64,000 nucleotides of DNA from NCBI GenBank assembly GCA_902511405.1, contig CABXEZ010000002.1, positions 22,304 to 86,303 of the forward strand, written 5' to 3'. This DNA is from an uncultured Alphaproteobacteria bacterium. Lineage in GTDB: Bacteria > Pseudomonadota > Alphaproteobacteria > HIMB59 > GCA-002718135. A program made the position numbers and the translations under genes. Below the pieces are notes generated by a model. That model searched no databases. It was not told the DNA's origin and saw only the letters and a program-made list of their open reading frames with translations. Shown piece after piece: positions 48,035 through 57,325 of the stretch (its first letter is position 1; each line of letters starts with the position of its first letter).

Positions 48035-48889
48035 ATGCACAAAAAATACAAAAGAGTTTTTTCAATCAACAATGATCTTGGATATCGTAATTATACAGTA
48101 AGAGATATTATTGATTTAAAGGGCAAAAAAAAGCTCAGCCAAATAAGAGTTACCAGCCCCCAAGAAGCTGCTGCAGCTGAAGAGGCAGGAATAGATTTAT
48201 TACTAACAGGCCCTGGTCCTGAATTAGCTGAAATACGAAAAGCTGCTGCCAAAACCTTTATGACAGTTGGAGTGCCATTTATTGAAAATCCTTCAAAAAG
48301 AGAAGCAACTAAAAAAGCTTTTGAAATTATTGAAGCTGGCGCTGATTCATTAATGTGTCAAAATTGGAATTTAGATTGGATGAAACATTTAAGTAAATTT
48401 AGAATTCCTTTTCAAAGTCATGTTGGTTTCATTCCTCGTAGAACAACTTGGATTGGAGGTATTCGATCTTTTGGCAAAACCGCAAAAGAAGCAATGGAAC
48501 TACTAAAAGATATTAAAGATATAGAAAATACAGGGGCATGGGGAATTGAAGTAGAATTAGTGCCACAAAATATGTTAGCTGAAATTACAAAAATGACCTC
48601 CTTAGTAACTATTTCTATTGGTTCTGGAAATTCTGCTGATGCACAATTTTTATTTGCTGAAGATATTTTAGGTCAAAGTCAAATACAATTTCCACGACAT
48701 GCAAAACAATATGCAAATTTTGATAATCTAATGCAAAATCTGCAAAAAGAGAGAGTAAACGCATTTAAAGAATTTCAATCAGATGTTAAAAAAAATAAAT
48801 TTCCAACAAAAAAACATTCAATTTCATTAGAAAAAAAAGAGTTACTAAGTTTTAAAAAATTTTTGAACAATCAAAAAGTGAATATTTAA
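48035..48889 (+). CDS. PanB-like (3-methyl-2-oxobutanoate hydroxymethyltransferase family) protein, paralog 1
   Basis: 284 aa. ...IPFQSHVGFIPRRTTWIGG...GKT...A...GAWGIEVELVPQNMLAEIT...VTISIGSGNSADAQFLFAEDILG...PRHAKQY...FP..KH parallels E. coli PanB: VPVCGHLGLTPQS..GGY...AGA..LVLECVP...A..IT....IGIGAG...DGQ.LV..D..G...PKFAK. Confidence 0.65.
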   Translation: MHKKYKRVFSINNDLGYRNYTVRDIIDLKGKKKLSQIRVTSPQEAAAAEEAGIDLLLTGPGPELAEIRKAAAKTFMTVGVPFIENPSKREATKKAFEIIEAGADSLMCQNWNLDWMKHLSKFRIPFQSHVGFIPRRTTWIGGIRSFGKTAKEAMELLKDIKDIENTGAWGIEVELVPQNMLAEITKMTSLVTISIGSGNSADAQFLFAEDILGQSQIQFPRHAKQYANFDNLMQNLQKERVNAFKEFQSDVKKNKFPTKKHSISLEKKELLSFKKFLNNQKVNI

Positions 48890-48892
48890 TAA

Positions 48893-49753
48893 ATGAAAAA
48901 AAAATACAAGAAAGTATATTCGCTGGCTCATCAAGCAGGTTACAGGAACTACACTGTCAGAGATTTACTCAATCTTAAGGGTAGAAAGAAACTAACACAA
49001 ATAAATGTGATTACGCCTAATGAAGCAGCGGCGGCAGAATTGGCAGATATTGATTTATTAATAACAGGTGCTGATAGATTAAAAGAAATTCGTGAAGCTG
49101 CTCCAAATACATTTCTAACTTGTGGAATAAAATATACAGAACATGAATCAAAAGAGAGTATTGCTAAAAAATGTTTTGAACTAATTGAATTAGGGGTGGA
49201 CTCCATTCATACAAATTCATGGAATATAAATTTTATAAAATACATAAGTGAATTTAATATTCCTCTTCAGGGACATGTAGGTTTTGTTCCAATGAAATCT
49301 ACTTGGACAGGTGGCGTAAAACCAGTAGGAAAAACACTTAAAGAAGCCATTAAAATTTATGAAGATATTAAAGAATTAGATAACATTGGATGTTGGGCAG
49401 TAGAAGTAGAATGTATCCCAGCGGATATATTGGCTGAAATTAGCAAAATAACTAAAATGCTAACTATATCTATAGGCTCTGGAAGCAAAAGTGACGTACA
49501 GTTTTTATTTGCTGAGGATATATTAGGTTATCACAATGACTCATCAAAAACACCAAGACATGCAAAAAGTTATAGAAATTTTGATAAAATTTTTCAAGAT
49601 ATTCAAAAAGAGAGAATTAAAGCATTTAAAAAATATCAGGCAGATGTAGAATTTAAGAAATTTCCCTCAAAAAAACATTCTGTTCTAGCTGATCAAAAAG
49701 AATTAATGAAATTTAAAAAATTAATGACAGATTACATCAATGAAAATAAGTAA
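48893..49753 (+). CDS. PanB-like protein, paralog 2
   Basis: 286 aa, collinear with 48035-48889 (...YRNYTVRD...LKG.KKL.Q..V..P.EAAAAE...IDLL.TG...). A tandem duplicate. Confidence 0.65.
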   Translation: MKKKYKKVYSLAHQAGYRNYTVRDLLNLKGRKKLTQINVITPNEAAAAELADIDLLITGADRLKEIREAAPNTFLTCGIKYTEHESKESIAKKCFELIELGVDSIHTNSWNINFIKYISEFNIPLQGHVGFVPMKSTWTGGVKPVGKTLKEAIKIYEDIKELDNIGCWAVEVECIPADILAEISKITKMLTISIGSGSKSDVQFLFAEDILGYHNDSSKTPRHAKSYRNFDKIFQDIQKERIKAFKKYQADVEFKKFPSKKHSVLADQKELMKFKKLMTDYINENK

Positions 49754-50552
49754 TAATATTCGAAGGTTAAGTAAATCTGAAATTTCACAATATGATAGTG
49801 AGGGTTTTATAAAAAACCTACCAGTTTTTTCTAAAAGAGGAGTTGAAGAATTACAAACTTTTTTTAATGAATTAAAAAATCGTTTACCAAGTAACGTCGA
49901 TATTAATAAAACAAATATGTGGCACAAGGCGAGTAAAAAATTTTATGACGTAGCACACACTCCTGAAATTTTAGATTATGTAGAAGATTTACTAGGGCCA
50001 AATTTTTATTTGTGGGGTGGACAATTTTTTTATAAACCCGCACTAAGTCAAAGTATTGTTCCTTGGCATCAAGATTCTCAGTATTGGCCACTAAAACCTT
50101 CAAACTCTGTAACTGTTTGGCTTGCAATTTTTAATACAGACAAAGACAATTCAGCAATGAAAATTGTTTCAGGTAGTCATAAGACAAAAAAATATTTACA
50201 TAATGAAAACAACAACAAAGATTATATACTTAATCAAGAAGTTGACGATGAGCAAATCGATAAAAATAAAATTGTGTATATGAGTTTAAAAGCAGGAGAA
50301 ATATCTCTTCATTCTGATGCTCTTTTGCACGGATCTGATGCTAATACATCTGATCGACCAAGATGTGGTATAACTTTTAGATATTCGCCTTCACATGTAA
50401 AAGCAGACCTTAATGAATGGCCTTTTTTTTCAATACAAACAGCTAGAGGTTCTAAAATACATACATTAAATCCAGTAGCTCCAATACCTCGCGGAGAGGC
50501 AACACCTATTAGAGGATTTCAATTTCATCAAGAGTTTGAGAGTCAATGGTAA
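49740..50552 (+). CDS. phytanoyl-CoA dioxygenase (PhyH) family oxygenase (third copy, divergent)
   Basis: 270 aa. ...VPWHQDSQYWP... (H-x-D) and ...LHSDALLHGSDAN... (distal His). Confidence 0.72.
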   Translation: MKISNNIRRLSKSEISQYDSEGFIKNLPVFSKRGVEELQTFFNELKNRLPSNVDINKTNMWHKASKKFYDVAHTPEILDYVEDLLGPNFYLWGGQFFYKPALSQSIVPWHQDSQYWPLKPSNSVTVWLAIFNTDKDNSAMKIVSGSHKTKKYLHNENNNKDYILNQEVDDEQIDKNKIVYMSLKAGEISLHSDALLHGSDANTSDRPRCGITFRYSPSHVKADLNEWPFFSIQTARGSKIHTLNPVAPIPRGEATPIRGFQFHQEFESQW

Positions 50553-51634
50553 TGAAAAAAGAAGAAGAAATAATAGTATATCAAAACCCTGACCCTCTTC
50601 TGGTGAGCAGACAAGGAATTTTTCCAGGTGTAAGTTTGTTGCCCAATAACGATTTATTAATAATTTTTTCTATTGGCCAGGCATTTGACTCTTCAGATCA
50701 AAGAGCATTTGTAACAAAAAGTAGGGATAATGGAAGAACTTGGTCAAAACCAAAAGAATTACATAATCATATATATGATAATCACGAAGAAACAGATACG
50801 TTAAAACCTTTGCTTTTACAAAATGGAGAAATGATCGCAACTGGTTATGCTTTTGTAAGGCCAGATGTCCTGACCCCAATTGTAGATCCTGTTTCATTTG
50901 ATGTTTTACCCTTAAAAAATAAAATAAGTTTTTCAAAAGACTCCGGTGAAAGCTGGAGTGTGCCTAATATTTTTAATGTCTTAGATAAACCATTAGAAAT
51001 TTCAGGGCCATGTATTCAGCTGGCAACGGGAAGAATTCTTGCAGCGTGTCCTCCTTTTCATTTAGGTGAAACAGGTCACTCAGGCTGGATTATTTATAGC
51101 GATGATAATGGAAAAAGCTGGAATAAATTATCTGAATTTTTTAACAGCCCTAATGGTGAAATAGCTGCTTGGGAATGCAGGCTATGTGAAATAGATAACA
51201 ATGGTGTTGCTGTTATTTTTTGGACTTATGATAATGTCAAAAAAATAAATTTAAATAATCATATTGTTTTTTCACATGATGGTGGGAAGAGTTTTGGTAA
51301 AGCAATAGATACAGGCGTAAAAGCACAAGCATCTAACTTACTTTGGCTTGAAAAAAATATTATTTTAACAATTCATTCTCATAGAGAATCTCCTTCAGGA
51401 TTAATAATAAGAAAAATTAATATTGAAAATGATAAGTTTGAAATTTTGAGTGAACTAGATTTATTTAAAAATGATAATATGGAGAGTGATTCAACAAATA
51501 TAAGTAAACAATTTGGGAGTCTTAAATTTGGGCAACCTTCACTTATCAAACTTCAGAATAATGAAATATTTGCCACCTGTTGGTGCTATGAAAATACCCA
51601 GCACATCATCAAATCCTTCATAGTAAATTTATAA
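50546..51634 (+). CDS. BNR/Asp-box repeat protein (sialidase-like beta-propeller)
   Basis: 362 aa with four Asp-box motifs: SRDNGRTWS, SKDSGESWS, SDDNGKSWN and SHDGGKSFG. No signal peptide is evident. Confidence 0.7.
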   Translation: MVMKKEEEIIVYQNPDPLLVSRQGIFPGVSLLPNNDLLIIFSIGQAFDSSDQRAFVTKSRDNGRTWSKPKELHNHIYDNHEETDTLKPLLLQNGEMIATGYAFVRPDVLTPIVDPVSFDVLPLKNKISFSKDSGESWSVPNIFNVLDKPLEISGPCIQLATGRILAACPPFHLGETGHSGWIIYSDDNGKSWNKLSEFFNSPNGEIAAWECRLCEIDNNGVAVIFWTYDNVKKINLNNHIVFSHDGGKSFGKAIDTGVKAQASNLLWLEKNIILTIHSHRESPSGLIIRKINIENDKFEILSELDLFKNDNMESDSTNISKQFGSLKFGQPSLIKLQNNEIFATCWCYENTQHIIKSFIVNL

Positions 51635-51644
51635 TATTTAATAA

Positions 51645-52970
51645 ATGTATAAACTTATTTCCAGTGAGCCAGAAAAATTAAAATTTATGAACTACTTTCA
51701 TTTTTCTACAGCGCTTCAAATGTGTGCAGTTATTGGAACTGTAGCTGCTCCTCTTACTCTCTATTCTGTAGAATTAGGATTAAATTCCGATGAAATAGGT
51801 ATTTTGGGAAGTTTGATGGCTTTTTGTCAAGTATTAGCATTAATCAGTATTCCTGTTACAATATATTTTGGTAGCAAATTAGTTTCAATAACTGCATTAT
51901 TTACTCGTTACATTTTTCTTGTAATTTTTTTACTAGTTCCATTTTATAAAGAAAATCTAACAATTGTTTTTTACTTGTTGTTTTTTTCCATGCTCATGTT
52001 TGCAATATGCAGATCATTATCAGAGGCAGCTTTTGTTCCCTGGATGCAGGAATTTATACCACGCGATGTAAGAGGAAGGATCATTGGCATTAATGGAATT
52101 ATTTGTACTCCTTTTGCTCTAGCTACTTCCTATGGGATTAAAATTTGGCTAGATAGCAGAGTGGGCCTAGAGAGGTTCTATCCAGTATTTATTATTGCAA
52201 TTTTACTTGGACTTATATCAGCATTATTACTAATTAAGATGCAGGGTGGGGAAAAAATTATTAACAGAGAAAATGATCAGGGTTATATTAAAAATTTATT
52301 TACTGCATCAAAAGATAAAAATTTTAATTTATTTTTAATTTCATCTGGTACGCAATATTTAGTCATTACAGTACTCGCAATATTTCTTACACTTTTTTTT
52401 AAAATTCGAATGAATATTCCTACCGGTGAGTTAGTATTTTCATCAACATTAGTTTTAATAGGAGGGACATGTAGTGGTTTTGTAGTTGGTAAGATAACTG
52501 ACAATTATGGCTGCAGAGGTATAAGAGTAATATTTCAAAGTTTACAGATTATACTTCTTTTAGTTTTACTTTTTATTGATTCAGATACACCTTATTTAAG
52601 TTATGTAATCGGAGTTGTTTTCTTTTTATTTGGTTTTTTAATGTGGGGCAGTGCCTCCATAGGTTATATTTTTATGTTAAATTATGTGCCAAGCAATAAT
52701 AAAGAGTCATTTATGTCACTTGCTTATAGTCTGGATGGACTAATTGCAGGAATAACAACAGTTTTAGCAGGTTATTTAATTCTATGGCTAGATACAAGTA
52801 ACATTGTAGTTTTGGGCACGACTCTTGGTAGTTATGAAGTTTTGTTTATAATTTGTGCTTTCATAATTTTAGTATCTATGAATGCTTTTATCCTTATTAA
52901 AGAAGAAGGAGCAATGGGTGTAAGAACTTTCTTAAGACAATTAATATTTTCTCGACGTCAACTTCCTTAA
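51645..52970 (+). CDS. MFS-type transporter
   Basis: 441 aa, about 12 hydrophobic segments in a 6+6 arrangement around a central hydrophilic loop (...KMQGGEKIINRENDQGYIKN...). Confidence 0.6.
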   Translation: MYKLISSEPEKLKFMNYFHFSTALQMCAVIGTVAAPLTLYSVELGLNSDEIGILGSLMAFCQVLALISIPVTIYFGSKLVSITALFTRYIFLVIFLLVPFYKENLTIVFYLLFFSMLMFAICRSLSEAAFVPWMQEFIPRDVRGRIIGINGIICTPFALATSYGIKIWLDSRVGLERFYPVFIIAILLGLISALLLIKMQGGEKIINRENDQGYIKNLFTASKDKNFNLFLISSGTQYLVITVLAIFLTLFFKIRMNIPTGELVFSSTLVLIGGTCSGFVVGKITDNYGCRGIRVIFQSLQIILLLVLLFIDSDTPYLSYVIGVVFFLFGFLMWGSASIGYIFMLNYVPSNNKESFMSLAYSLDGLIAGITTVLAGYLILWLDTSNIVVLGTTLGSYEVLFIICAFIILVSMNAFILIKEEGAMGVRTFLRQLIFSRRQLP

Positions 52971-52972
52971 AA

Positions 52973-53482
52973 TTATTTTTTACCCGGCCAACCCATTAAT
53001 AGTTTAACATTTTTTTCTTCTTCAATAGCTTTTTCTTTATCTTTAAATATTTTGACAACACATTGAGGTTTGCTTCGATCAATAACATCATACACTAAAT
53101 GATAACCAACTTTATCCATTATTGGACCAATCCAACCTGCACAATGATCGCAATATCTTTTCATTGGCTCAGCATCATTATCCAAAACCTTACTTAAACT
53201 TGGACAGACATTCATTTTCAATTCTAATTTATCATCTTCTAATTTTAAATCTAAATCACAATTTTCCTCTATTCGTATGTGATCCCAGTATTCATACATA
53301 CCTTTTAACCCTTTTTCTCTAAATAAATCTAAAGTATGTTTTTCTTGATTTTTACTTATTTCTAACCAATATTGTTTTAAATCTTCCTCACCTTGCTTTT
53401 CTAAAAATTTAAATACTTCATTATAAAAACGTGTAAAATGATCACTTGGTATCATAATCTCTTTCGAATAATTTGTTTGCAT
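52973..53482 (-). CDS. hypothetical cysteine-motif protein (paralog A)
   Basis: 169 aa. ...YWDHIRIEEN...LKMNVCPSLSKV...YCDHCAGWIG...PQCVVKIF. Collinear with the upstream 166-aa ORF. Confidence 0.5.
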   Translation of the reverse strand: MQTNYSKEIMIPSDHFTRFYNEVFKFLEKQGEEDLKQYWLEISKNQEKHTLDLFREKGLKGMYEYWDHIRIEENCDLDLKLEDDKLELKMNVCPSLSKVLDNDAEPMKRYCDHCAGWIGPIMDKVGYHLVYDVIDRSKPQCVVKIFKDKEKAIEEEKNVKLLMGWPGKK

Positions 53483-53952
53483 GAAGCTTCACCTAGTATT
53501 TCTGTTTTAATTTCATAGGGTGTACCTTCGGCTATCGCTTCATTAGTTTTTATAGTTTGGTCACAAAAATTTGGCGATACTTTACCAACTAATTTTTTAA
53601 CATGTTCATAAGCAGTGCATTTTTTAACAGTTAAAATAATCTCATTCTCTTTTATGGATATAGAAAAATCAGCACCCTCTCGATCAAAAAAATGTTGCCA
53701 ATGTTCAGCAAGTACTTTGATATTTCCAGACTGTATATGTTTCTTGATATCTGCATAAACATCATTTCCTACTTTTTTAAAAATATCATTCATTGTTTTA
53801 ATGCCATATTTTTCTATGATAAAATTTATAGTGGTATTTGTAGCTCCATGAAAATCCATATGGACATTTCCTTTATCGTGATAACGTAAAGATGTAGGAT
53901 TTTTATCAGTCACTTTTGTAAACTGACTTTCCTGCAATGAATGTTTCTGCAA
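53452..53952 (-). CDS. hypothetical cysteine-motif protein (paralog B)
   Basis: 166 aa. ...HWQHFFDREG...LTVKKCTAYEHV...NFCDQTIK...ASCKQIIRK. The start may instead be the internal ATG at 53859, which would remove the overlap with the upstream gene. Confidence 0.5.
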   Translation of the reverse strand: MQKHSLQESQFTKVTDKNPTSLRYHDKGNVHMDFHGATNTTINFIIEKYGIKTMNDIFKKVGNDVYADIKKHIQSGNIKVLAEHWQHFFDREGADFSISIKENEIILTVKKCTAYEHVKKLVGKVSPNFCDQTIKTNEAIAEGTPYEIKTEILGEASCKQIIRKRL

Positions 53953-55084
53953 TTTCTAAATCATTTTTTCTTAATAAGATAAAATCAGCAAGTTTATTTT
54001 TTTCAATACTACCCATCTTATGATCCAATCCTATTACTCGTGCAGGGACTAAACTTGCTGCAATAGAAACCTGACCAATAGTTTTTTTTGAGTATTTTAA
54101 ATAATTTTGTAAACCTTCTAATGAAGTTAAAGATGATCCAGCCAATAGACCATCATAAGTTGATGCTTTTCCCTTTTCTACCGTACACCAACGACCTGGA
54201 TAGAATTCAAATTTTACAGGAACAGGTGAGCCTGATCCTTTTACAGAGTCAGTTTCTAAGAAAACTCTATCACTTGGAAGATGAGATAATAGCTCAACTA
54301 ATTGTGGATGAACGTGAATGCCGTCGCATATTAACCCAAGAGCAATGCGCGACTCAGCTATTAACGCATCAGTTAAAGAGAGAACGTGCACACCTGTATC
54401 ATCTGCAGGATAAGTCGGTAATGCATCATACATATGAGTAACTGCATCTACACCCCAATCGGCAAACATAGGAACATCTTTAGGATTTGCGCCACTATGT
54501 CCTAAATGAATAGATACATTATCTTTTTTTAATCTTTTGATGAATGCCTCCGAGCCTTCCATTTCAGGAGCAATAGTTACTGCTTTTAATTTACCATGCG
54601 TTGCATCAATAAGCTCTTCTGCTAATTCTACAGATGGATTACGCAAATTTTTAGGATTGTGAGCTCCTGGTAAAGCAAAACAAGGACCCTCTGAATGAAT
54701 GCCAAGAATTCTTGCTCCTTCATTAGATTTATCAATATCATTTGATAAATTATTTAGTAGTTGATGTGTTTGTTCTGGAGGTAGACAAGGTGTTGCTGGT
54801 AAAAAACCTGTTACCCCTACTCCAGGTAAAAGTTTTGCGTTATCGACTGTACAATTTTCTTCAGCATGACCATACAAGTAATTTAAAAAACCATGTTGAA
54901 GAATATCAATCATACCTGGAAAAATATAATTATCTTGTCCATCAAAAATTTGGAATTCATCACTTAATAGAGTCTCCCTATCAACAATATCCACAATTAG
55001 CTCATCCTCAACTAACAGATCTTGGTTTATTTCACCAAATGGTGTAACTAAAGTCACATTAGTAAAGCGTTGTTTAGCTTGCAT
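53906..55084 (-). CDS. NagA-like amidohydrolase (N-acetylglucosamine-6-phosphate deacetylase family)
   Basis: 392 aa. ...FPGMIDILQHG..., ...GIHSEGPCF..., ...VTHMYDA..., ...LICDGIHVHP... and ...LETDSV... follow the NagA motif order. Confidence 0.7.
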   Translation of the reverse strand: MQAKQRFTNVTLVTPFGEINQDLLVEDELIVDIVDRETLLSDEFQIFDGQDNYIFPGMIDILQHGFLNYLYGHAEENCTVDNAKLLPGVGVTGFLPATPCLPPEQTHQLLNNLSNDIDKSNEGARILGIHSEGPCFALPGAHNPKNLRNPSVELAEELIDATHGKLKAVTIAPEMEGSEAFIKRLKKDNVSIHLGHSGANPKDVPMFADWGVDAVTHMYDALPTYPADDTGVHVLSLTDALIAESRIALGLICDGIHVHPQLVELLSHLPSDRVFLETDSVKGSGSPVPVKFEFYPGRWCTVEKGKASTYDGLLAGSSLTSLEGLQNYLKYSKKTIGQVSIAASLVPARVIGLDHKMGSIEKNKLADFILLRKNDLEIAETFIAGKSVYKSD

Positions 55085-55164
55085 ATAAAAAGCCTTCCTA
55101 TTATGTTATAATATTAATCAAGTAGGCAAAAAATACAAGGGATTCAAAAGAAAGAAACAAAAAT

Positions 55165-55929
55165 ATGAAGGATCAATGTGTATGTATTTCTGGATCAACT
55201 CATGGGATTGGTTATGGCATAGCAGAGGCTTTTGCAAAAAAAGGGGCAAGATTAGTCATTAATTCACATCTTGATGATAATGGAGCTCTTAAAAAATTAA
55301 GTGATATGACTGAATGTCATTATGTAAAATCAGATTTATCAACAGTTGCAGGTGCAGAATATTTTGTTGATAAATCTTTTGAGTTACTAGGAAACTTAGA
55401 TACTTTAGTAAATAACGCGGGAACTTTCTTAGATCAAGATTTTGAAAATATATCTGAGGAGAATTTTAATAAAACAATCAATTTGAATGTCCGTGGTTAT
55501 ATGTTTGCATCAAAAGCTTTTGCAAAAAAAATAACACAGAACAATAAAAATAAAAGTATACTTTGTATTGGCTCTTCCAATTCGAAAGCTGCAGAAAAAA
55601 ATAGTGTTATTTATGATACTTCTAAAGGAGCAGTGTTAATGATGATTAGATCTCTTGCTATCTCTCTCGCAGAAAAAAATATTAGGGTTAATGGAATTGG
55701 TCCAGGAATATTAGAAACACCTCTAACAAAGGATGGATTAGAAAAAGGAAATAACAAACAAGTTTTAAAATCGCAAATACCTCTTGGTCGAATTGGATTA
55801 CCAAAAGATATTGGAGGAGCGGCTGTTTTCTTATCTTCTGAAGAAGCAGAATATATAACTGGTCAAATGCTCTATATCGATGGTGGAATATTAGCCAATC
55901 AAATGAATTGGGACGAAACTCTATTATGA
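55165..55929 (+). CDS. short-chain dehydrogenase/reductase (SDR)
   Basis: ...ISGSTHGIGYGIA... cofactor motif, NNAG, and the catalytic YDTSKGAV (YxxxK). Confidence 0.85.
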   Translation: MKDQCVCISGSTHGIGYGIAEAFAKKGARLVINSHLDDNGALKKLSDMTECHYVKSDLSTVAGAEYFVDKSFELLGNLDTLVNNAGTFLDQDFENISEENFNKTINLNVRGYMFASKAFAKKITQNNKNKSILCIGSSNSKAAEKNSVIYDTSKGAVLMMIRSLAISLAEKNIRVNGIGPGILETPLTKDGLEKGNNKQVLKSQIPLGRIGLPKDIGGAAVFLSSEEAEYITGQMLYIDGGILANQMNWDETLL

Positions 55930-56921
55930 AAAAACCCCTTTTAAGTAGGCATCTTCAATTAAGAAATATGCTTTTTAAACATTGGAAAACTAAGGGTTTG
56001 AAAAAAGGAGAAAAAATAGAATCTCAAAATGACATCAAATCTTTCTGTGATTTTTCCCTAATTACAATTATCAAAACTCTTAACGATTTGCAGGCTGAGG
56101 GAATTATTGAAAGAAAAGTTGGCAAAGGGTCTTATCTTCAAAATGCACCATGGTTCACATCTCATTTACGTATAGGTTTTTTTTATAATCGTGAAGTTGT
56201 AGGTGGTGGTATATTCCATAATAGCTTCTATACTAAACTCGTAGTCGCTTTTGAAAAACAAGTGATTTCTGATGGGCATGAATTTATTTTAGGAAGTTTT
56301 ACACATAAACAAAAACCTGTTCTTTTATGGGATGATCTAGATGCAGCAGTTTTAACAGGTATTACTGAAAAAACTGAAATTAATGATTTTAAAAAAACTT
56401 CTTGTTTATTAAATATATTGGATACGCAAAATAGTAAACTTAACAACAACAACTATCGTATTAATCTTAAACCTGCATTTATTGAAATGCTAAAATCTAT
56501 AAAAGGAAAAAAAAGTAATATCTTGTATTTAGACTCTGTTATTAAATCACCTGAACAAACCGCAAGACTAAATGATTTTAAGAATATTTTTAATAATAAA
56601 TCAAAGAACTTAAAATTAAAATTTATAAATGTTGATCAAGAATTTGACTTCAAAAAAACAGACAACATTGTAAAAGCCATACTTAGCTTCAAGCCTGACT
56701 TAGTATGCGGTTCTATTCATTCTGAATGGTATGAGCTAATAGAGAAAGTATCTAGCAAACAAGTAAATATTTATTCATTATTAATTGACTCAAACAAGCA
56801 AGGATTTATTGTTGACTCAAATAAATGGATGAAAGAAATTTTACCTGATATTTATTCAAGATTGGATAACAGAAAAATAACAAATCAACCAAAGCCCTAT
56901 ACAGCGGTCTTTGTTAAATAA
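55926..56921 (+). CDS. GntR-type HTH transcriptional regulator with periplasmic-binding-protein-like effector domain
   Basis: N-terminal wHTH ...SQNDIKSFCDFSLITIIKTLNDLQAEGIIERKVGKGSYL..., then a ~250-aa sugar-binding-like domain. ATG at 55926 forms an ATGA overlap with the SDR stop. Confidence 0.65.
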   Translation: MKKPLLSRHLQLRNMLFKHWKTKGLKKGEKIESQNDIKSFCDFSLITIIKTLNDLQAEGIIERKVGKGSYLQNAPWFTSHLRIGFFYNREVVGGGIFHNSFYTKLVVAFEKQVISDGHEFILGSFTHKQKPVLLWDDLDAAVLTGITEKTEINDFKKTSCLLNILDTQNSKLNNNNYRINLKPAFIEMLKSIKGKKSNILYLDSVIKSPEQTARLNDFKNIFNNKSKNLKLKFINVDQEFDFKKTDNIVKAILSFKPDLVCGSIHSEWYELIEKVSSKQVNIYSLLIDSNKQGFIVDSNKWMKEILPDIYSRLDNRKITNQPKPYTAVFVK

Positions 56922-56935
56922 TAAAAGGAGATAGT

Positions 56936-57325
56936 ATGATAAAAATTATTAATACCGGTGCAAAATCAGTTTTACCCTTTAGTCCCGCAATTAAGGCAGG
57001 TGATTTTGTGTATGTTTCTGGTCAAGCCTCTGTTGACAGAGAGAATGGTTCAATCATTGAAGGAACATTTGAAGAAGAAATGCGAAGATCAATTGAAAAT
57101 TTAGAAGTTATTTTGAAAGAGGTAGGCTTAACACTCAATAATGTTATCAATATAAAAAGTTATGTAGCTGATCAAAAAGATTTAAAAGAATATAACAAAA
57201 TTTATCCAGAATATTTTAAAGATCCACAACCTACAAGAAGTACAATTGTAAATGTATTGCCTACTTTTTTAAAATTTGAACTTGATTGTGTTGCTTACGT
57301 GCCAAACACAAGACAGGAAGGATAA
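56936..57325 (+). CDS. RidA/YjgF family reactive-intermediate (enamine/imine) deaminase
   Basis: 129 aa. ...SPAIKAGDFVYVSGQ... and ...PTRSTI.V..L.....E.D... are typical of YjgF/RidA. Confidence 0.85.
   Translation: MIKIINTGAKSVLPFSPAIKAGDFVYVSGQASVDRENGSIIEGTFEEEMRRSIENLEVILKEVGLTLNNVINIKSYVADQKDLKEYNKIYPEYFKDPQPTRSTIVNVLPTFLKFELDCVAYVPNTRQEG

Noticed and set aside
52973-53952. The overlapping 169-aa and 166-aa ORFs considered as another frameshift-split gene
   Set aside because: Each ORF is a complete copy of the same domain with its own start, so they are paralogs and not two halves of one protein.
53906-55084. NagA-like protein has DILQHG where many family members have an H-x-H metal motif
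   Set aside because: Some bona fide NagA enzymes, including the E. coli type as I recall, also lack the first His pair. This is therefore not evidence of loss of function or novelty.
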